Assembly (NCBI GenBank): GCA_964016885.1
Contig: OZ024747.1
Coordinates: 83,328,001 to 83,392,000 of the forward strand
Reading direction: 5' to 3'
DNA: 64,000 nt
Source of the DNA: Eledone cirrhosa
Lineage: Eukaryota
In this document: positions 55,799 to 64,000 of the stretch, in pieces
Position numbering within the stretch: position 1 is the first letter of the stretch
How the letters are laid out: every line of letters begins with the position of its first letter
Notes under the pieces: model-generated
Seen by the model: the letters and a program-made list of their open reading frames with translations, nothing else
Database searches by the model: none
What the model was told of the DNA's origin: nothing
Program-made: the position numbers and the translations under genes

Positions 55799-57058
55799 AG
55801 AACTGAAATCAATGTTAAAAAGTATTAGCATATAAACATCTGCAAATAAAAGTTTTAAAAACGTTGAAGCCAAAGCAATTATGCATTTTGAACATTACAT
55901 TTGGTCTAATCATTCTGTCTACAAAGCTAGCTCTTGTCTAGATCAGAGATCCCTCTGGCTACAAAAATTTGCAACTGCTGAGCATTCGTTTGCACCATCC
56001 TTCTATACACAATGTATCACACTGAATCTCCCGAAGAATTACATTGTGTATGTTTGTGGAATCCATAGCCACATACATGATAACTGCATGAACACTTATC
56101 TTTGAAACCAACAGAGGTCTATTTCATGTGTGTGTGTGTAACAAGTCTACACCTTTGAATTACAGGTACAATGTATCTGACAGGCATCCACACAGTTTCC
56201 GTCTACCCAATTTCACTCACATGGCTTGGGCTGACCTGATAACACTTGCCAAAGATGCCATACAGTGGGATCAAACTTGGGGATCTATTATTTCAAAGTG
56301 AGCTTTACAATTCAACCATGTTGCATCCATTTATATATTGTTGGGCACCTTGACTCTGGTGACAAGTGCTTCTGTTTGAACAATGGAACAGTCTGTGAAA
56401 TTAACATGCAAGTGGCTGAGTATTCCACAGACATGTAAACACTTAATGGAGAAACATGAAATAAACTGTCTTGCTGAACTCACAACTTTATGATTGTGAG
56501 TTAAACATCCTGACCACTAAACCAAACACCTTCAGATAAGATTTGATATACTGCGTGATGTGTACAATATTCAATTAAAATTTCTCCTTTAGAGAAAACA
56601 ATAGTAACTGTTAGCAACTCAAAAGTAGAATAAAATTCAAGAAAATAAAAATGTCAATTTATATGCTTAGAGGAATATCCAAATATATTTTTTAACTGTG
56701 CAAATTATTACTCAATGTAAAAAAAAATATGATCAAAGCAAGCTTGAGTAGACTATGCATGTTTGATGAGGTTTAATAATACAGAAACATCTACATTGTT
56801 GTCTTTTTGCCTTTGCCTGCAAATAAAGTTCTGATTCCCAACTAAGCATGTAAATTAATTTTGTTAAATTTTCAATTTCTTGAAATTATCTCCCCTTTCT
56901 TCTGGGAGTTACTAAGGTGGGTTTTTTTTTATTTTTTATTGGCTTTATTTAAATTGAAATTTTTTTTTACATACATCATTCTTAACTAAAGTCATGCACT
57001 TGGAACACTCAAATTATTCACTTAATTCAATTTATTATATATATATATATATATATAT

Positions 57059-59685
57059 GTCAGCGACCTCACGGTCAGAACTAGACGAGCCCTGAAACAG
57101 AGGCCAACCTGGAGAAGAAAGATCTGGAAGCTGAAAGTCCCCTCAACCAGTAACAGATTTAAAGATATTTTACTCAACGCCTACGACAGTAAAGAAGAAC
57201 AGATAGAGACATTTAACGTAGAAGAGAACTGGGAGTTCCTAAAAAATAACTTACTAGAGGCGACGGATGAGGTTTGTGGCTGGAGTAAGACCTCAAGCAG
57301 GAGGAGAGTGACTTGGTGGTGGAACAATAAGGTAGATGAAGCAGTCAAGGCCAAGAGACAGGCATGGAAAGAATGGAAGAACGGGGGGAGCAGGGTACAT
57401 TACATAGAGACCAAGAGGGAAGCTAGGCGACAAGTATACTTAGCTAGGAGGGAAGCAGAGGATAGAAAATTCAAGCATGTTTTACAACGTGAGGACCAGA
57501 AACAGGAGGTATTCAAGATTGCGAGGCAGTGTGTCAGAGATAGTTGTGATGTCATTGGAGAGAAGTGTATCCGGAATGATAAAGGTGAGCTTGCCCTCAC
57601 AAGTGCTGAGAAGAAAGATGCATGGAAGAGTCATTATGATAGATTACTAAATGAGGAGAATGCATGGGAAGAAGAGACCCTACCCCACGTAGACCCTATA
57701 GAGGGACCAGCAGTACAAGTCAGCGGCAGCGTAGTAAGTAAGGCAATCAGAGATATGAAGATAGGGAAGGCAACCGGTCCATCGGGTATAGCTGCCGAGA
57801 TGCTGAAGGCATCTGGGTCTGTAGGTCACACTATAACCACACGTATCGTTAACCAGGTAATACTAGAGGGGGCCATACCAAAAGATTGGTGCAGTAGCAT
57901 CATTGTCAACTGCTACAAAGGTAAAGGCGATGCACTAGATAGAGGAAACTATAGAGGTATAAAGTTGATGGACCAGGTCATGAAAGTAACAGAAAGAGTT
58001 ATAGCACAGCTGATTAGGGACCGGGTGAATATAGACGAGATGCAATTTGGGTTTGTTCCAGGGAAAGGCACCACTGATGCGCTCTTCCTTGTGAGGCAAT
58101 TACAGGAAAAGTACCTAGCTAAAAGTAAGCCACTCTACTTGGCATTTGTCGACCTTGAGAAAGCCTTTGACAGAGTTCCACGTGCAGTAATCTGGTGGGC
58201 TCTTAGAAAACTAGGAGTAGATGAATGGCTTGTGAAAGCGGTACAAGCCATGTATAGGGGAGCAGTCAGCAAAGTTAGGATTGGCAATGAGTATAGCGAG
58301 GAATTTAGCGTACAGGTTGGGGTCCACCAGGGCTCTGTTCTTAGCCCTCTCCTGTTCATCATAGTCCTGCAGGCAATAACGGAGGAGTTTAAGACCGGAT
58401 GCCCATGGGAACTCCTGTATGCTGATGACCTCGCACTCATAGCTGAATCTATGGTAGAACTAGAGAATAAATTCCAAACCTGGAAGCAGGGACTAGAGAG
58501 AAAGGGCCTCAAAGTCAACATGACAAAGACTAAGGTCCTTATAAGTAGACGAGAAAACAGAACCCAGATCCCCTCAGGGAAATGGCCTTGCTCAGTATGT
58601 AGGAAAGGTGTAGGTAGGAACTCCATTCTTTGCCCCAAATGCAAACAATGGGTACACAAGAGATGTAGCGGGATCTCAGGAAGCTTAATTAAGAATGTAG
58701 GATTCACATGCAGCAGCTGTGCTGAAACAGCAAGCAAACAGCCACAGGAAACAAGTACCACCAATCTCTGGGAGGGCCCTGTAGAAACAGTAGACAGCTT
58801 CTGCTACCTAGGTGACCGAATTAGCAACGGAGGTGGGTGCTCAGAAAGTACAATAACTAGGGTAAGAACGGGATGGAAGAAGTTTAGGGAACTACTACCA
58901 CTGCTAGCTGCAAAAGGCTTCTCCCTCAGAATGAAAGGCAGACTGTATGATGCGTGTATCCGAACAGCGATGTTGCATGGTAGTGAGACCTGGGCGCTGA
59001 AGGTGGAAGACTTACGTAGATTAGAGAGAAACGAAGCCTGCATGCTCCGATGGATGTGTAACAGTAATATACGTGAACGACAAAGCATAAATGAATTGAG
59101 AGAGAGACTGAGCATAAGAGGAATCAAATGCTGCGTGCAGGAGAGGCGGTTACGCTGGTATGGACATGTGATGCGTATGAAGGATGACAGCTGCATAAAA
59201 AGGTGCAGAGCACTAGAAGTTGATGGAAACCGCGGAGTGGGGAGACCCAAGATGACTTGGGATGAGGTGATAAAAGCCGACCTTACCCAACTACACCTCT
59301 CAAAGTCAATGACACACGACCGTGACTTCTGGCGTCACGCAGTAATACAGGGTACCCGACCTCCCATGGGTACATGCTGAAGCATATAAACAATATGCCC
59401 CCCCCCCCCCCCACCGCAAGGTGGTCGTGGAGGTGCCACGGCAAAAAAGCACCCAGCCCACACTGTAAAGTGGACGTGTAGGCGCCACGAAAAAGCACCC
59501 AGCACTCACTGTAAATGAGGTTGGTGTTAGGAAGGGCATCCAGCTGTAGAAATCAAGCCAGATCAGTTCCTGTATGAGCAAGGCATGGTCAGCCGACCAG
59601 ACACTGCCCACAACAGGACAACCCGTCTAACCCATGCTAGCGTGGAAGAACGGACGTAAAACGGTGATGATGATGGTGATGATGA
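57059..59685 (+). mobile_element. 5'-truncated RTE-clade LINE (subfamily 1). ORF2 open 57059-59380: RT + PHD-like finger + C-terminal domain; 3' UTR and (GAT)n tail
   Basis: [59 protein letters not shown]. The frame stays open 83 codons upstream of the listed ORF start. The endonuclease domain is missing. Confidence 0.97.
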
Positions 59686-61249
59686 CATACACACACACAC
59701 ACATAGGACACACACATTCTACAAGTTCACTTAGACATACAATTGCACAATTCAATACACATACACAGTATACTTTGGTTGATCCTGTAGCATGCTACAC
59801 TGGAGTTAAAGCTGTATGTGTGGACAGGACTGGTTGATGAACGAATGGAGTCAACATAAGGTAAAGAGGACCATTTGGTTTTGTAAAAGACCCGACTACC
59901 TCGTGCTGGTGCCACAATAAAATGCACCAAGTACATTCTGTACAGTGGCTGGAATCCAGCTATAGAACCCATGCTAGCATGGAAAACTGTAAAATGATAG
60001 AAATGTTTTTTTTTAAATATCCATTTTTAACAGTGCAAACATAACCACTTTAGATAAAGCAAATAGGAATAAATAAAAGCACTCATCCCCGATTCCTTGC
60101 AGCATAGCCACGCCTATTACAGAAACAAGCAACCACTCCTTACAATAATGACCAATAATCACAATACAACAGCTTCTAAAATAAACAATAGCCACCACTT
60201 AATGCAAACTACCATGATTTTGAAAGAGCCCACTTGCCTAAAGTTCTACTTTTATTCTTTTGTTACTTCTAAGCACATCTTATACTCTATATGCAAATGT
60301 ATATACCTACCACCCATAAATTATATGCGTTTAGTAATGATTACTAAAATATTTATCGAGTAGTTTAAAATAAAGGCTTACATTTCACATCTTTGGTTAC
60401 CAGCTTGGGGAACCTACATTTTACATTTGGCCTGGGCCTATTACCAGCTTTGTACAAGCCTAGATATAAAATTTCAATTACAAAGTGTAACAAGGTCATT
60501 AAGGAAATAAATATACACAAGTATTGAAAAGCACAGTGGTTGGTGTTAGGAAGGGCAGTAGTAGCTCCACTTGATCTGTGACGACACCATCCAACCTTTG
60601 CCAGCAAAGATGAACAGCTGTTATAAGATGATCCTCTTTAGTACTCAAAAAGCAGTGATAACATTCTACTAGAAATATAACAGACTTCAATTTTTACTAA
60701 ACCTATTGAAAAGCCTGTTGAAACTGATAGTCGACAAGGAGCGAACAATTCTTTTACTTATGTCATTAGACGGTGGCCATGCTGGGGCACTGCCTCATAT
60801 GGATTATATCAACCATATCGATTCTAGTACTTATTTATTGATCTATTTTTGAGAAAACAGACACATACATATATGATGGGCTTCCATACAGTTTCTGTCA
60901 ACCAAATTTCATTCACAAGTCAACCTCAGAAGACACTTGCCCAAGTTGCCACACAGTGGGACAAAAAACCACATGGTTGTAAAGCGAACTCTTTAACCAT
61001 ATATCCATATCCGTGTATAAAATAATAAAAAGCAAGGATTAAATTAGCCAGCAAAAATCGTTTCTTACAAGGATAATGTTGGTAGAAGGGTAAAACCGTT
61101 TGTATCGAGTTCTAGTATTTATTCATATCAAAGGTACAAGAAGAAAAAAAAAAGATTTAAAAAAAAGCAGGATTGGCATAAATTGATTTAACCAAGTATG
61201 TTACTGGTATTCATTTGATCTATTTAGGTATGATTTGAACTGAGAAAGG

Positions 61250-62700
61250 ACAAGGAAGAGATTTAATAAAGCATTTACTCCGGCGCTCTGCTGGTTATGT
61301 CAACTTCAACGAACTTTAATTTCTAATATTGCGGGTTCGTTCAAAACTAGCTTAGGTCAACTTTGCCTTTAATTCTTTCGAGGTCGATTAGAAAAAGTAT
61401 TAGCCCATAGTGGAGTCGAATCTGTCTCCATATCTCTTTTTCATTTCCTCTGTCCTCATATTTAAACATAGAGAGGGATGGGCTCCGCCAGGTTTAAAAT
61501 GCCCAATACACGCTGTATGACTATGACTACATCGGGAATTACAGGTCCATACATACATCATAGCCAGAACAGGGGCTAGTCCATTAAATCGATCTCAGTA
61601 CTTGACTGGTATTTATTTTGTCGATCCCGGATGGATTAAAGGGCAAAGCTGACCTTGGCGGGATATGAACACAAAACGTAAAAGAGTCAAATACCACAGG
61701 GAATTATTTCTCTGACGCCCTAACGACTCTGCTACTCCCTCGCTCCCTTTTAATAAAAGTAATAATTCATTCTTTTTTTTCTCTCTTCGCCTACTTCATT
61801 CCCTTTGCTACAAAGAGAGAACAAGAAAAAAAAATTATTGATAGAAATAAATCAATACTACAGATTGATCGTGTGAGTAAGCGAGTATAGTAAGAGTTTG
61901 ATGGCTTCCATATTGACTTCTTTTGAGAAAGACTTACAATTTCACACTCGCGCACAAACATAGATTACAACCCGTAGGATTTCTTATCGGGGTTTTTGAG
62001 ATTAACCCGCAATGGAAACAATGATTTTAGTTTATTACGAAGTATCAGAAATATCGTGTATACGTTACGTATCAAAAATATCGATCGGTTTTCGTCTGTC
62101 GGCTTAACACTGTTACAATGTGTGTGTGTATGTGTGTATATATATTCATCTGTTGGTTTAACGCAATACAGTATGCATATATATAATGGTTTGTCAGTTT
62201 AACACCACATAGTTTAATGATAGCAAATATATGTACAAGGTTTCCCACTCGAGATGATTTATATTTGATTGCATCAACGCAATATATTACTGGTATTTTA
62301 ACTAATCAAAATAGGAAGGCAAAGTCGAACTGGATGTGGTTTATATTCAGAATAGCAAAGTACGAAACCAGAAGCCGAAAACACATAAACCGGTTCATTC
62401 ATAACGAGAAATATGATATAATTGAAAAACAAAATCAGAAAATGTCCCATAAACATTAAATTATAACTGGTTGCTTGTTGCAGTGATTGCGCTCAAAAAA
62501 TCCCCGAAATAAATATACAACTGAGTATAATAAATAAGCACTACTTAACTATTCGTAAATACATGCAAAATGAACGGAGAGGAAGAGTCGCAGGGAGTGG
62601 AAACCCTTATGTTTATATTTAAGTTGAAAAGCTTCCGTATATAGAAAATATTATATACAGAAACATATTCAACAGCAACCATTAACAGGCAACTTATATT
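61250..62700 (-). promoter_or_regulatory. CpG-richer region around the candidate first exon; possible PDPK1 promoter/5' UTR
   Basis: Visibly more CG dinucleotides than the flanking introns (not computed). Partly explained by SINE copies. Confidence 0.35.
61938..61961 (-). CDS. PDPK1: Candidate PDPK1 first coding exon (MFVRECEI)
   Basis: ATG at 61961-61959 with an in-frame TAA two codons upstream. 24 nt, then a perfect GTAAGT donor. Phase 0 matches the next exon. Surroundings are CpG-richer. No protein homology evidence. Confidence 0.5.
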
Positions 62701-63190
62701 GAAAATATAATAGTTTGTTCATATTTATAATCGAATAAAACTAAGATCAGATACATAAATTTATTTATATTTACTTAAGTGTTAAAATTTGTACCAAATT
62801 CTTTAAACATTTGAGATTATTTTACTTGTGTTGTTAGAAAAAGCATTCTTTCAACCCCGATCCTAAATGCAAAAAACAGGAGGAGAGGGGACTTCGTGTC
62901 TAGTCATATAGATACCTGTGTATTTAAGACATCAGAAAACTTAACAATCTGAACATTAATATATATTAGCAAGCACATTGATTTTTCTAATGGTTGTTTG
63001 TCATCTCGGTGCTTTAAACATTTTTTTCTTCAGTACACAATGATATATTAATAGTAGTTGTATTAGTAATACATTGGGAGAAAAAGAAAATTATATACAT
63101 TTATTTTCATTTGTGTTGCATTACAAATAAACAGGAGTGGTGATCAAATAAGAATATATGTGGGTGTGTATGTAATATAGAGAAGCAATT

Positions 63191-63355
63191 GCTGAAAATT
63201 CGAAGTCACTGCTATCGTTTTCATTCGGAAAATAGATATTACAATCGACTTACATGTATTGAGTGCTCATTCAATTAATGATTGAACGTTTTATGTATGT
63301 TAGTATTTAAAACACCCACTTCAGGGTGTGTGGGTCTCCCCCTCCCCTCTCTCTT

Positions 63356-63386
<31 letters not shown>

Positions 63387-63999
63387 TTATATATATTCAT
63401 ATAAATATATACAGATATAAATATATATAATATATATACACACACACACAATATATATGAATAGACATACAGGAAATACAAACAAAATGAAAATGCTATG
63501 ATCTCCCTACCTCAAGACGCCGACTAAATAATAGTTTTCTCTAATAAGGAGGAAATTCCATAATGTTGAATGAATATTCCAAAATGATCTGCGGTAATTT
63601 AAACAAATTAAAGATATGGACACATAGACGTCCTAGTTTTAATTCGAACACGCTGACATATTGTGAGGGAATTAATAATTTTCAAGGTGAAGCGAAAAAA
63701 TAGACAAACAACATTTGTTAATTATCGACGAAGAGGAGGAGAAGGAAGAGGAGTAAAAAATTGTGTGTGTATATGTATATATATGTATACACACACACTT
63801 GCAAAAAAAACAAACGCTGAAACTTCGAAGTCACAGTAACATTTTCCTTGAGAAAACAATTTTTACACATTTCTCACATGTATTGAGTGTTTATTCAGTT
63901 AATGCTTGAACGTTTTATGTACACTAGTATTTGAAACACCCACTTCAGTGTGTGTGTGTCTCTCTCCCCCTCTCTCTCTCTATATATATACATACACAC
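63191..63999. repeat. Diverged direct repeat: ~180-bp block at 63191-63370 recurs at 63816-63999 (offset 625)
   Basis: GCTGAAA.TTCGAAGTCAC...ACATGTATTGAGTG...TTGAACGTTTTATGTA...AAACACCCACTTCAG occurs twice. Confidence 0.85.
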
Positions 64000-64000
64000 A

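Noticed and set aside
57308-59380. Autonomous retroelement or novel RT system
   Set aside because: A standard non-LTR RT, 5'-truncated and lacking the endonuclease. The listed start is an internal GTG.
63505-63570. Alternative first coding exon ending at GAG|GTAGGG
   Set aside because: In-frame TAG and no ATG in the phase needed. It could only be a non-coding exon, which I cannot support.

Overview
AT-rich, microsatellite- and transposon-dense animal DNA. The repeat landscape points to a coleoid cephalopod, probably Octopus; this is inference. One host gene dominates, on the minus strand: 3-phosphoinositide-dependent protein kinase 1 (PDPK1/PDK1). I traced 13 coding exons by hand (28787-29029 down to 1792-1846). 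They join in frame into 482 codons covering the AGC kinase domain and most of the PH domain. A candidate 24-nt first coding exon lies at 61938-61961. The last exon (expected PNRTYYL...) was not found and probably lies left of the window. The gene has a U12-type (minor spliceosome) GT-AG intron, a GC-AG intron and a possible mutually exclusive 47-nt exon. The introns carry RTE-clade LINEs with a PHD-like finger inside ORF2, including two near-identical young copies and one copy with a twin-priming-type 5' inversion. They also carry a CR1-clade LINE, an internally deleted piggyBac with related TTAA MITE families, a non-autonomous Helitron, a mariner remnant, tRNA-derived SINEs, a 45-bp minisatellite grown from a retroelement 3' region, and very long (TA)n/(TG)n arrays. 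There is no CRISPR array or prokaryote-type system. Most long ORFs in the supplied track are simple-repeat artefacts. Repeat boundaries were read by eye and are approximate.
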